Part shown: piece by piece, positions 1 to 11,674 of the stretch | How positions within the stretch are numbered: position 1 is the stretch's first letter | How the letters are laid out: every line of letters starts with the position of its first letter | Virus record (IMG/VR): IMGVR_UViG_3300040786_000030 | Location: 24,281 to 88,280 of that record | DNA from: a virus | Direction: 5' to 3' (one strand) | Length of the DNA stretch: 64,000 nucleotides | The notes under the pieces: model-generated | What the model saw: the letters and a program-made list of their open reading frames with translations, nothing else | The model's database searches: none | What the model was told of the DNA's origin: nothing | Translations under genes and position numbers: made by a program

Positions 1-160
1 TTGAAATTATTTGTTGGGATGTCGTTACAGCCCCATCAACACCAGATGCTTGGATATTTAGAACACATGAAGAAAGTAGACCATATGTTGAGAACATTGA
101 AAAAAACCAATATTAATAGAAACATTAATAGATAAATTAGATAAATTCCTATTAGATTAA
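1..160 (+). CDS. gp21: Prohead core protease (T4 gp21-like), C-terminal part
   Basis: Frame 3 reads EIICWDVVTAPSTPDAWIF, matching the D-x-V-x-x-P-S motif of gp21-type proteases. It lies directly upstream of the scaffold and capsid genes; one indel near the end. Confidence 0.72.
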
Positions 161-213
161 TAAAAAAACTATAAATTTTTTAACCTAAAAATGGCTTTTA
201 TTAAAATAACACA

Positions 214-220
214 TATTTAT
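214..220 (+). promoter_or_regulatory. Putative late promoter core TATTTAT (scaffold/MCP operon)
   Basis: Motif recurs upstream of most structural genes; here about 50 nt before the ATG at 268. Confidence 0.6.
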
Positions 221-267
221 TAACAAATGAGTGTATCTCAATAAACAAAACAAAACAAAAAAAAAAA

Positions 268-1583
268 ATGGCTGAAAAAAATCAATACTTGAAGATGCGA
301 TGTTGGATATTAAAAAAATCCAAGAAGCTCTAAATGCCAACACAAAAGAAATACTTCGTAGCGTTGCTAAAGAAGAAATTGATAGTGTGGTAAAAGAATC
401 TCTTATGGAAAAGAGTATGAGGAAGAAGATTTAGAAGGTGATGAAACAGGTTTAGAAGTTGGACCAGAAATTGGTGATGATGAAGAACTTGGTTTAGATG
501 GACCATCTGATGATTTAGAAGACATTGAGAACTCTGAAGAAGTAGGACCAGAAATGGGCCTAGATACAGGAATGGACCCAGAAATGGGGATGGACTCAAG
601 TGAGTTTGGTGGAGACGAAATGGATATGACAGCATCATCTGATGATGACGTTATTGCAATTTACAAAAATTAAGTGGAGAAGATGAAATTGAAATCGTGG
701 GTGACCAGATTCATATGAATGTATCTGAACCTGGAGAATACATTATTAATCTTAAAGATGGTGGTTCTGCTGGTGCTTCAGCTGACGAATTAGGTGGTGA
801 ACTTGGTGGTGAATTAGAACTTGATGGTTCTGAGGAATTTGATAGTGTATCAGATAGTGAATTTGGTGGTGAAGAAGATGCTGAGGATGATGGTGTTGAT
901 TATGAAATCGAAATGGGTGATGAAGAAGAAGGTGAAAGCGAAGAATCTGAAGAAGGTGAAAGCGAAGAATCTGAAGAAGAATCTGCTGAAGAAGAAGAAG
1001 AAGAATTGGAAGAAAACATAGGAAATGTAAACGGTCATGCTGGTGCTCAAGGTGCTAGAAGAAACGGTTCATCTCATTTAGGTTTTGGTAAATCTTCAAT
1101 GGATGGTGAAAAAGTTAATGAGAATAAAAATCAAAAGCTGTAATTTCAGAAATCACAAATAAATATAATAATTTATTAAGTGAGGCTAAAAAAATCCAAA
1201 CAGAAGCGAAGAGTTTAAGAGTTGAAAATAATGAGTTTAGAATTGCATTAAAAGAATTCAGAACAAAATTAGTTGAAACTGTAGTGTTTAATTCGAACCT
1301 TACATACGTTGTAAGAATCTTAGAAGAAAATTCTACAACACAAGCTGAGAAAAAAGAAATTATCAGAAGATTTGACGAAGAGGTTTCGAATTTAATCGAA
1401 TCAAAAAATCTTTATAAATCTATTAGTAACGGATTGGCTTCTAGAAAACCAATTATCGAATCAGTAGAAAACAAAATTATTAAAGAGGGTGCTACTAGTA
1501 GTTCAAAACAGTTAAATCAAAATACTGCATATGTTGACCCATCAACCAAAAGAATCATCGATTTGATGAAAAGAGTTGGTTAA
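268..1583 (+). CDS. Prohead scaffold/core protein (T4 gp22-like), indel-split
   Basis: Very Glu/Asp-rich with a coiled-coil C-terminus, located between protease and MCP. It has many (I/L)xE sites (ILE, LEE, LIE, IKE). ORF-track pieces 697-1143 and 1284-1583 join across indels. Confidence 0.7.
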
Positions 1584-1624
1584 AAAAATTAAAATAAGAT
1601 TACATTAAATAAAACAAAAAAAAT

Positions 1625-3468
1625 ATGTCACATTTATTAACAAGTGGAATGGTTGGAAATATTGGTATGAACCATATGAAAGTTATTCGTTTAGAAACCC
1701 AATCAAAATGGGATTCATTAGGTTTCTTGGAAGGTCTTAAAGGACACGTAAAAGAAAATATCGCTCAATTATATGAAAACCAAGCGTCAACATTATTAAG
1801 CGAATCTACAACTGCTAACAATTCAGGTTCTTTCGAAACTGTTGTTTTCCCAATTGTACGTAGAGTATTCTCTAAATTATTAGCTAACGATATCGTATCT
1901 GTACAAGCTATGAACATGCCAATTGGTAAATTGTTCTTCTTCGTTCCACAAACTTCATCACGTGTTGATGCATTGGGTGTAATGGGTAACAACTATGCTG
2001 CTAATGGTGGAGATGGTGCTTATGGTACTACATATTCTGCACACACAGGATTAAATGGTTTACACAATGGTGTACCAACTGCTGCTGCATTGCCAGTTGC
2101 TTCAACTAAAGCTAATCAGCCTATTACTCAAATGCAAGCTAAAAACTTGTACGATGCGTTCTACAATGATGGTTTATTTGATAACTCTAAAGGTACAATG
2201 ACTATTATGGCTGACCCAGCTCCAACTAAATGGGCTTTAGGGAATGATGGTCAATATACTCAAATAACTAATGGTACTACAGTATTAGCTACTGCAACTG
2301 ATGGTTCTGTTAGACAAATTATCTTAGGTGTTTCTGGTTTTTCTGCTGGTCTTACAACCAATGGTAGAGAAGTTATGACAGGTGCTGATGGTAACCAAAT
2401 GGATACTGAATCATTCTTAGCTTCACTTCACGTATTGACTACTAATGATATTAAAGATAGAGATGGTAATACTATTGTTGCTGCTGGTAAAGAAGTTCCT
2501 TTCAGACTTGTTACTCAACAATATGGTAAAGGTATCGTATCTGGTTCTAAATCATTAACTGATGCTACAGGTGTTTGTTACTTAGGATTAGATATTACTC
2601 ACCCTGTTGGAAATGCTGGTGTTGCGTCTTATGATGGTTATATTGGAGCTTCTGCTACAACTGCATCTGCATTCACTTTCACAGCTGCTTGGGCTAACTA
2701 TGCAACATTAGAACTTGAAACTGAAATGGGAGAAGTATCTTCAAATTAGATGAGGTTGTTGTATCTGTTGAAGAAAGAAAATTACGTGCTACTTGGTCTC
2801 CAGAGCTTGCTCAAGACGTTAGTGCATTCCATAACATCGATGCTGAAGCTGAATTAACTGCAATGTTATCAGAACAAGTTGCTGCTGAAATTGACCGTGA
2901 AATCCTTAGAGATATCCGTAAAGCTGCTGCATGGCAATTGAGATGGGATTATAATGGATGGAGAAAAGCTGCAACTTCAGCTAACCCATACACGCAAAAA
3001 AGAATGGAACCAAACTTTAATTACTAAAGTTAACCAAACTTCAGCACAAATCCACAAATCTACTCTTAGAGGTGGTGCTAACTTTATCGTAGTTTCTTCT
3101 GAAATCTCTGCTATCTTTGATGATTTAGAATACTTCCACGTAAGTGATGCTAACCCAGAACAAGATAGTTATAACATGGGTATTGAAAGAATCGGTTCAT
3201 TGAGTGGACGTTACCAAGTGTACCGTGACCCTTATGCTCCAGCTACTCTATCATCGTTGGACACAAAGGAAAATCATTGTTAGACACTGGGTATATCTAT
3301 GCTCCATACGTGCCATTGCAATTGACTCCAACAATGTACAACCCATTTAACTTTGCGCCAGTTAAAGGAATTATGACAAGATACGCTAAAAAAGTTGTTA
3401 ACAATAGATTCTACGGTCACGTAAGAGTTGATGGTGTTGTAACTTTCGATATGAACGAATTAAGATAA
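1625..3468 (+). CDS. gp23: Major capsid protein (T4 gp23-like) with a large insertion domain, three indels
   Basis: Motifs RRVFSKLLANDIVSVQAMNMPIGKLF, RKLRATWSPELAQD, EIDREI, YAPYVPL and GIMTRYA. Indels are near 2742, 3001 and 3246. Confidence 0.95.
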
Positions 3469-3491
3469 TCAAATATCTTTCTTATATAAAC

Positions 3492-3520
3492 AAAAAACCT
3501 TAGAGAAATCTAGGTTTTTT
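3492..3520. terminator. Bidirectional intrinsic terminator after MCP
   Basis: aaaaaacct(t)ag-agaaat-ctaggtttttt hairpin with flanking A/T runs. Confidence 0.75.
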
Positions 3521-3533
3521 CGTTTTATATTGA

Positions 3534-3540
3534 TATTTAT
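3534..3540 (+). promoter_or_regulatory. Putative late promoter core TATTTAT (nuclease gene)
   Basis: Motif about 17 nt upstream of the ATG at 3557. Confidence 0.55.
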
Positions 3541-3556
3541 ATTAAAGAATTTATAA

Positions 3557-4197
3557 ATGAAAAAATAACTTTACTACTATTAATGTTAGCTTTACTAATA
3601 TTTACTCACAACTTAAAATAAAGACTTCTAACGGACTAAAATTAATCATGGTGACATAACATTATATTTAAGTAACGATACCTTATCATTAGTCTCTGTG
3701 CATGTGATAACATATGATAACCTTAATAAACTTACCCATGTTAGAGATGATAATTGGTATTCTGATACCTACAATACTTATGATAGAAAATACTATCGTT
3801 TTAGTGGTTATGATTTAGGTCATTTAACACCATCAGATATTACATCTTATGACAAGGTAACTAACCATAATTCGTTTAGCCTATATAATCAAGCACCACA
3901 ATTAGCTGGGTTTAATAGAGGTAAATGGGCAGGTTAGAAAATAGCGTTTATGACACTATTAGAAAATATAAAAAAGATGTAGTAATTACTGGTGTAATAT
4001 ATGATAATAATAATATTAAATACTTACCTAAATCTAGAATTAAAATACCAGTATCATATTACAAAATATTAACAATAAACAAAATAATTTATTGTTGGAT
4101 AGGCTCTAATATAAACGGTGAAATAATAATTACAGATTTATTAACCCTAAATAAAATATTTAAGGTTAATAAACTTAATTTAAATATTAATCTTTAA
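3557..4197 (+). CDS. DNA/RNA non-specific endonuclease (NucA/EndA family) with an N-terminal signal peptide, indel-split
   Basis: Motifs GYDLGHLTPS (DRGH-type active site), NQAPQLAGFNRGKW, LE, VITG and IPVSYYKI. The reconstructed N-terminus MKKITLLLLMLAFTNIYSQ resembles a Sec signal. Confidence 0.85.
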
Positions 4198-4211
4198 CTT
4201 ATTCAACCGTA

Positions 4212-4433
4212 TTAATCTTGGATTAATTTATAAATTGAATAGCTAACCTCGTCACCGAATTTATTTTTACTTTTAACCGTTTCAGATGATATATTATGAC
4301 CATCTTGTTTTAAAGTAAAAATTGTTGCAGCTAATCTAGTATTACCTAAATGTTCTATCGCATACCATGGGCTAATTGTTCTACCATTTGCCATAGCGTT
4401 TAAAACTCTTTCTTTCTGTGTTGTTTTTGACAT
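4212..4433 (-). CDS. Small winged helix-turn-helix protein (HTH_39-like)
   Basis: TQKERVLNAMANGRTISPWYAIEHLGNTRLAATIFTLKQDGHNI matches a common phage wHTH pattern. Confidence 0.65.
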   Translation of the reverse strand: MSKTTQKERVLNAMANGRTISPWYAIEHLGNTRLAATIFTLKQDGHNISSETVKSKNKFGDEVSYSIYKLIQD

Positions 4434-4472
4434 TTTTATTTATTTTAATTAATATTTTTACAATATACATAA

Positions 4473-4502
4473 AAAAACCAAATAACTTAATATTTGGTTT
4501 TT
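4473..4502. terminator. Intrinsic terminator
   Basis: Perfect 12-bp inverted repeat aaaaaccaaata-acttaa-tatttggttttt, downstream of the minus-strand gene ending at 4530. Confidence 0.75.
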
Positions 4503-4529
4503 ATTTTTACGTTAACTTTATTTTTTTTT

Positions 4530-5407
4530 TTATGCTTTATTACCACAAGACGAGCAGAATTTATCTGTCTTACCTAATTTGGCACCACAATTTGTACAAT
4601 ATCTTTTACATTAATATCTTCAGTAGTGTTTATTTTTTGAGATATAGGTAACATTTTATATTTGATGGTGTGAAATGGGTAAGTACTAAATTCTGCATCA
4701 ATTAGTTTTATTTTCTGGTCAGAATTAGACCCTTTCTCAACTCTACCAGTTTCAATAGATTTACTATTTGAAGCGCTTTTAACTGATAGTTCATCTAACT
4801 CATTTAAATCCATTAATGGGTTTAAATTTGCCGAACTAAAATAAGCACTAGGTGTTACGTTAGTTGTGGTGAATGAACTATTGTTAGTTGTGAATGTCGT
4901 ATTAACTAAACCACCATTATATACGTTGGTGCTAGAACTGCCATTTAATGGGACAAAACTTGCACCTCTTAATATACCACCACCGAATGAACCGCTATGT
5001 ACGACATTAGTAGTTGTTAGTATATTATTTAATATTAGTCTCTTTTCAGTATAGAACTCTACTTTAAAATCACCATTATCAGCTATCGCTTTTGCAACTT
5101 CTTTTGACTTACTAACTTCATAAGTATCAAATAAGAATTTTTAGGGACATCTAAATAACGGTCTAAAAAAACACGTTGGCCAGGTTTTAACACCAAACCA
5201 CCTTGTGATATGTAATCACCATTTAATGAAATTTTAGCTAATATTATTTTTTTTGAAGGATTGAATAACTCTATCGCAAATTCTTGACCTTTTGTAGGTA
5301 ATAAGTTGGCATATCGAAATTTGGGTTATAGACTTTAAGTCTAGATTTATTCACAGCTAGATTTGCTGTAGGAGTCATCGGACCCCAATTGTTTGTGTGT
5401 AGTTCAT
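4530..5407 (-). CDS. Conserved hypothetical protein with a C-terminal zinc ribbon, indel-split
   Basis: Reconstructed EFAIELFNP...GGLVLKPGQRVFLDRYLD, a low-complexity T/S/N linker, and a C-terminal RYCTNCGAKLGKTDKFCSSCG (double CxxC). Confidence 0.7.
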
Positions 5408-5500
5408 TTTTAACTTTTTTTTTTTGTGTACCAATACCTTTGTTTATCTAAACTCTGAACCGTTTTAATGGTCGGGACTAATACGTTAGTTAACGTAAAT

Positions 5501-5507
5501 ATAAATA
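5501..5507 (-). promoter_or_regulatory. Putative late promoter core TATTTAT
   Basis: ATAAATA on the + strand, about 95 nt upstream of the ATG at 5407. Confidence 0.5.
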
Positions 5508-5542
5508 TATGTAATATTACAAAAGTCAAGTAATTTTAAAAT

Positions 5543-6196
5543 TTAAACATTTCTGTATTTTCGACTAAAATAATTATTAGCTAATTTTACTGCGTCTTTT
5601 AATAAATAACCAGCGTTTTCATATTTTAAACCTCTATTTATTAAAGTACTAAATTGTGCGTTTGGTTGCATAGTATAAATTGTATTGAATAACGATAATA
5701 TTTTTTATCTTCTTCGTTTAAACTTGAATAATAATCTATAAATTCTTCTTCATTATTAAAAGTTAAATCTATTTTATTTAAAATAGAAACACTATAATTT
5801 TATTTATAGTTTTATCTGAATTAATTGGTTCGATAGTTTCTTTTTAACATCATCTCTAGAATAGAATTTAGACCAAACATTTAACGCAGTCTTTCTTATA
5901 TCACCTTCTCTATTTGGCATTAAACCCTTACCCTTAATATTTAGTAACATCATCATTAATTCATAAATATATGGTCCAAAACCTTTTCAGCAGCAACACC
6001 ACCAACACCATAATATTTACCATAATCTTCAGCATCTAACATACCGTAAACAACATTACTCGATGGGTCTATTAAAATTATCTGGGTATAGTTACCTGGG
6101 TTTACAAATAATGCAACTTCTTGTGGTAGATGTTCTAAGGATAACATTTCTTCATCAAGTAAAGATTCCTAAGTAGCACTTTAATTAATTTTTCAT
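5543..6196 (-). CDS. Putative internal head protein with a GNAT-like fold, indel-split
   Basis: Reconstructed start MKKLIKVLLRESLLDEEML. VGGVAAEKGFGPYIYEL...ALNVWSKF resembles GNAT motifs A and B. Confidence 0.45.
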
Positions 6197-6701
6197 TTTG
6201 TTTAATTTGTTTGAATAGACATCTATGAAATTCATCATAACCAAGTTTATTAGTTATTTTAGTTATAGGGTTTGCCTTTATCTCTAAGTTTACGTTTAAA
6301 GTTTTATTTAATGTTTTAGCTGCAAAATACCTATGATGACCATCTTCTAAATAGAATTTTAATCCATACCCATTAGATTCATACGATATATCAATTGGTT
6401 CGCTTAAATTTATTTTCTCACTCCATTTTTTGGAGTTAAACCGCTTTTTTAACTTCCCAGATAACATTTTCTAAATCATCACGCCATTTTATTGCAATTT
6501 TAGATGGATGTAACTCAGTTATATCTTTTCTGAAAACCCAAATGCGTATCTATCAAGAATAATAGTAGGTAAACCACCACTTCTTAATAACTGTTCGTCT
6601 GAGTCAAAATTTTTAATATAATTAATAACTTCGTCAGTTGGGAATAACTGAACACATTTAGAAATTTCTTCTCTTAGTAGTTTTTTTATTAATTTTTTCA
6701 T
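6190..6701 (-). CDS. Putative internal head protein with a ParB/Srx-like domain, indel-split
   Basis: Start MKKLIKKLLREE. PIDISY...FYLEDGHHRYFAAKTL is a ParB/Srx DGxHR motif. Confidence 0.6.
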
Positions 6702-6702
6702 A

Positions 6703-8082
6703 TTACTGAGACTTACGTAAATCCACTTGATTAATAATATCGAATTGTACTACTTTTTAAGTGTTGTAACTTCTAAGTTAGAAGTTGCTAATATGTCTAA
6801 ATAATAAGTATTAGGTATTAAACTATCAGTATCTAATAAGAAATAATAGTGGTTATTTGTCATTTCAATTGGCTCCATATCAATTACAGTTAATTCTGCA
6901 GAACCCTCAGAAACATATAACCTATATTTTAAACCACTAATTATTTGTGTCTGCTCTACAGGTATACGGTATTCTAGCAGATACTATTACTTTACGAATA
7001 TCACCACGTTTAATCTTTCTTTATTATGTAAACCACCAACTGATATAGCTACCTTCTTAGGTAATAAGTCAGCACTACCTAGAGAGTAATACTCTATAGA
7101 GTCTTTTAGTACGAAATCAAGCGTTATATTAGGTCTATTAACACCGTTTATTATAATACCAGACCATTCATCTGTCCAAATGGTATTTACCATACCAGAT
7201 AGGCTGCTAACTAAGACATCTACCGAATATACGCCTTTGGTTATATGATTAACTTGTGGTGTTAATAAAGAATCACCATTAATAATAACAGTGGGTAATG
7301 CATCTAAGTTTGTTGGATTACCACCAACATTAACATATAGGTATAATTTATTTAATTTATCTAATATAAAGTTATTTCTATCATCAATAATATGATTATC
7401 ATATTTTGTTTCAATATATGGTTCATAAAATGTTTGAGTGTTATTAGTAAAACCCAACATATTTAAGACATGGTGTATTCAGTAACTCATAACCTCTATT
7501 AAAGGCTATGCCTAAACCATAATTAGTATTACCAGTTAGTACACTATTAACGTATTCAGTAATGTCCATTTCGATATTCTCGTTTCCTTTGTCAAAATGT
7601 TGTGTTGCTATTGTTATACTTGATGGGTCCCAGAATATACACCGCTACCGTTAAGCCAAGCTTGTCCAGTACCAGATTCAACCCAATTTGATGGGCTATT
7701 AGAGTAAGCACAATCAGCGTTATTACTATCACAAATACTATAATCATATCCAACACCATTATCCCAATTTTGATTTATTTTAAACGTTATAAGGTCAAAT
7801 GAAGAAGTTCTATTTTTACCAACCATAGTACCATTTAATAGATTATCAAATGAACCAGTGTTTGTTAATCTAAGTGTATGCGTAAGTTTAGATAAGTCAG
7901 TATATGTGCCACCAGTATATAAACCCATAAGTCTAGATTCATCAAAATTGAATAAAATCTACTATATTGTTCAACACCATTATAACCACCATAATATATT
8001 TCACTTACTGGGTTTAAACCTGTATTTACTGTTTGGTTTTAACTATTGTATTATTCTTATTGAAGTATGTTCTGATTACCAT
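6703..8082 (-). CDS. Virion structural protein (probable baseplate component), indel-split
   Basis: About 460 aa, beta-rich: MVIRTYFNKNNTI...WDNGVGYDY...TQHFDKGNENIEMDIT...TFYEPYIET. It is adjacent to the spike gene and preceded by TATTTAT. Confidence 0.55.
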
Positions 8083-8095
8083 TTTTTATTTTATT

Positions 8096-8102
8096 ATAAA
8101 TA
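8096..8102 (-). promoter_or_regulatory. Putative late promoter core TATTTAT
   Basis: ATAAATA on the + strand, 14 nt upstream of the ATG at 8082. Confidence 0.55.
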
Positions 8103-8133
8103 TCTTAATAAAATAAAAAATTTACTAATCATT

Positions 8134-9121
8134 TTAATTAATCCTGATATTATTAGATAACATTTCTTTTCTAATTTCTCAGCTTTAGCTTTAAATTCAG
8201 TCAAAGCTTGTTTATTACCAGATGATGTTAAATCTGTTGCGGTATTACCATTACCATTATGAACATGTGAAAATAAAGCCTCTTTTAATAACTTTAAATA
8301 CTCTAATAACACATCACCAAATGGTAATCTATGAGCACCACCATCAATTTCGGATGATAATATTTTACTTAGCTCAGAATCACTAATTAAATTTTCATTA
8401 TTAGTCACGTTGAATCTAGGTGTACCTTCTTTATGTGTTATTAAGTTTATTTTATTAGCAACTATATTAGTAACGGTACCTTTATCTATGACATCGTTTT
8501 TAACACTAATATTAACATCATTTTAATTTGAATAAAAGCCTGTGTTAAACTATTAAATTTAAAAGGGTTTATATTTGTTATTGGTGAAGATATAAATTTA
8601 CCAGCCCTAATTAATATTTCATTATTTTTATGAGTTATATCTGTATTATCTCTACCTTCCATAGACACATCACTAGGATTTGGGAATACACCCTTTAATT
8701 CTGGTATAGTATTTAAATCAATATTAGCGGCTTGCGTTCCAAAACTAAAACCAGCTAAACCACTACCATTATAAGAATCAAACCCTAATTTTTGAGATTG
8801 CGAGATTATTGGCCCAATGTATAATCTATCAGTATGTTGTTTATCACGACTAAACGTAAGTATTAATACGGTTTCATTATTCTTAGGTTGTACTGAAAAA
8901 TGTTTAGGCATTAATGGAAAACACCATGGTAATTTATTATCTAAAACACCATCGTCACCACCCAAACCAGTACCACCTTTAATCCTTACTTTTATCCTAC
9001 CTAAGTTTTGTGGGTCAATAACGGAAATAACCTCACCATATAAAACATGTTTATAATTATCTGTAGATGCGTATACACTATCCCTACCAGTTATATTTTT
9101 ATTGTTACCAGAGTTTATCAT
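8134..9121 (-). CDS. Baseplate central spike protein (gp5/gpV-like OB-fold N-terminus, HxH tip), indel-split
   Basis: GEVISVIDPQNLGRIKVRI...LPWCFPLMP...PKNNETV is a Gp5/VgrG OB-fold pattern. The C-terminal SHVHNGNG is a metal-binding spike motif. Confidence 0.75.
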
Positions 9122-9299
9122 TTATTCACCTTTTAATCTTTTAGTTAATATTTTATTTGCCTCATCGAATTTTTTTTTCTAACTCGACCATAGTATCATA
9201 ATTTTTAAGCATCTTTAATTTAACCGCTTCATGCGCTGCTTCTAGTTGTTTTATCTCAAATAAAATTTCATTATTCGATTTATTCATTAAATCATTCAT
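9122..9299 (-). CDS. Small coiled-coil hypothetical protein
   Basis: MNDLMNKSNNEILFEIKQLEAAHEAVKLKMLK..., with its stop abutting the spike gene start. Confidence 0.55.
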
Positions 9300-9312
9300 A
9301 GCGTTTATTTTA

Positions 9313-9744
9313 TTACCTGATTATTCCATTACCAATTCCTAAGGTTGTTGTTGTACCTAAAGAAATAACTGGTGCGCCTAAGTTACCAACACCAGTAGTA
9401 GTGACACCAATACCTAATGGTATTACAACATTCACTACCGACTCATTTAATAAAGCGTTAATTACCTCTTCAATTATTATTAATATCATAGCCTCACTAG
9501 TGTTTGGCCCATCGGCAAATACGTCACCAGTTACTATACCAGCTTCTGATTGTCTATATTCTAGATAAAATTGATTCTGATGATAGCCCTGGTCTTAAAT
9601 TTGAACCTAATAATATTAATGGCGGTGGTAGTGGCGCTATTGGTATATTAGGTACTGTAAAGCTGCTAAGATGGTATTTAATACACCATCTATAGAGTCT
9701 ATCGAATCGTTACCAATATTTTCATCTATCTTTGTTGTGTCCAT
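9313..9744 (-). CDS. Conserved hypothetical virion/baseplate protein, indel-split
   Basis: Reconstructed PIAPLPPPLILLGSNLRPGLS...GVTTTGVGNLGAPV; translationally coupled (TAATG) with the upstream gene. Confidence 0.5.
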
Positions 9745-11228
9745 TATATTTTAAGGTTATTTAATGTTTCTTGATTTTGACCACTTAATGAAAGTACTTG
9801 ACTTTTCTTTGTTTAGTTTTCTCGGTATTCCTTTTAATTATTACCTTAACCATTAATTTAGCTATTTCTTTTAACGCTAATCGCATTAATTTTGCAATAA
9901 TAACTTTAGATATACTTCTAATAACACTTTTAAATATGTTTTATTTTTCTTTATAAAATCAACACCATCTTCATAAACAGCATCTTCACCGTAAATTATT
10001 TTAAATTAATTAAAAATATCATGATGACCTTTGGTGATATTGTAGTACTAACAATTGTAGTTGTTAAATTTTTAAATATATCAGAAGCAAAGTTTAATTT
10101 TACCGTGGCTTTATCTGGTAATGCTGATATACTTGGCATTTTTGGTAAATTAGGTAAATTACTAGGTATTGGTAGAATTGGTGTTAATTTAGCTGTTGTA
10201 GCTTCAGCCATTTTATTTAAATTTGAGGCTATTATATCTTTTGCGCAGCTAATGATTCCCATTATTTGTTATACTTTGAGCAACATTCATTTCATCTGTA
10301 AAATTATTTAATAATTTTACAGGGACTGAAGCATCGATTTGGTTTGAAAGGTTTATTTTATGTATTCCCTGTTGTCTTAGCGTTGCTAGTTCACCATGTT
10401 TAGCTGTTTCATCATTAGTAAACGTGAAAAATCATCTGTAATCTGTTCATTAGCGTCAGCGTCAATTAGTTTATTAATAACAGTATTTATCTTAGCTTCA
10501 TTAATTAATTGTTTTTTACTTTTATTAACTGTAAATGATATTGAACCGTATATGCTATCGATTATTCTATTCACAATTTCTTTAGAGTTGAATAGTGTCA
10601 AACTATCAATAAAATCATTATTTAAATCTGTTAGTTTTTTATTATCATAACTAACGTTAGCTTTTATTGTTAAACTATTATTTGGTCTTGTGGTTGTACC
10701 AATAGAATCAAATCTAATGTCTAATATATTTTTACCATTACTAGACCAAGTATTTGTAGTACCATCATTTTGAATCACAGCATACATAAAAGTATTAAAA
10801 TCTGTACTACTTAATTGGTTAGTAGTATCATTGTATATTAATTGGCCAGATTTTGTTGTTGGGTCAATTTTAAATATATCAAAAAAATCAACCTTAGAAA
10901 CATCTATAACAATACCATTACCAGTAGACTTTAAAAGACTGGTAAACTTGGGTTAACACCACAACTAGTGATTATTTTTAACTCACTTTTTAACCCTTTT
11001 TTAATTTCTTTTCGATTCTAACTAAATAAAAGTTAAGGTATCAACAATAGCATTAACTAATACAATAAAACCAACCAAAGGCTAATAACATCAGTTAGAT
11101 AGTCAACTATTTTACCTTTTTATTATTAAAGATTCTAACGACTCTATTTTTCTTTTATTAGCGTTTGCAAGTGTTTTACTTGAAGCTATTTTACTGTACG
11201 TTTCTCTCTTTTTGCTTTGTATTGACAT
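9744..11228 (-). CDS. Hypothetical protein of about 490 aa (probably structural), indel-split
   Basis: ORF-track pieces 9996-10262 and 10386-10787 lie on one continuous coding stretch between coupled start/stop junctions. Confidence 0.5.
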
Positions 11229-11611
11229 TATTCTTCTGCGATATCTTCATTATTTTTTGGGTCTTTAAACATCGCTCTAATTGAGTTAAACCCATCAAGC
11301 ACTGAACCAGTTTCACTTCTTTCTTTTACTGTAACGTCAACATCACCTCTATTTTTAAGTATATCGCTTTGTAGTTTAGCTATCTCTAATTTAATTTTAA
11401 TAGCTGAATCTTTAACTTTAAAAGTTAACTTTTTCTTTTGCAATTTTAGTTATATCGTCAACACCATCTGGCGTTAGTGTTAGTGTTAATTGGTTGATAC
11501 CAATTTGACTATCCGTTATTTGTAAACAAGCATCACTATACGTTTCTTGCATTAACCCTTCTAATGAGTCATTAGAATTTACTCTTATATCTTGTTTTCT
11601 TTTCTAGGCAT
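11228..11611 (-). CDS. Conserved hypothetical helical protein
   Basis: MPRKRKQDIRVNSNDSLEGLMQETYSDAC...KDSAIKIKLEIAKLQSDI; one or two indels. Confidence 0.55.
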
Positions 11612-11641
11612 TTTAATAGTTTTAAGTTATTGTTATTTACT

Positions 11642-11648
11642 ATAAATA
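11642..11648 (-). promoter_or_regulatory. Putative late promoter core TATTTAT (baseplate operon)
   Basis: ATAAATA on the + strand, about 30 nt upstream of the ATG at 11611. Confidence 0.55.
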
Positions 11649-11674
11649 CCCGTAAAATCTTTTATTTTAAAATT

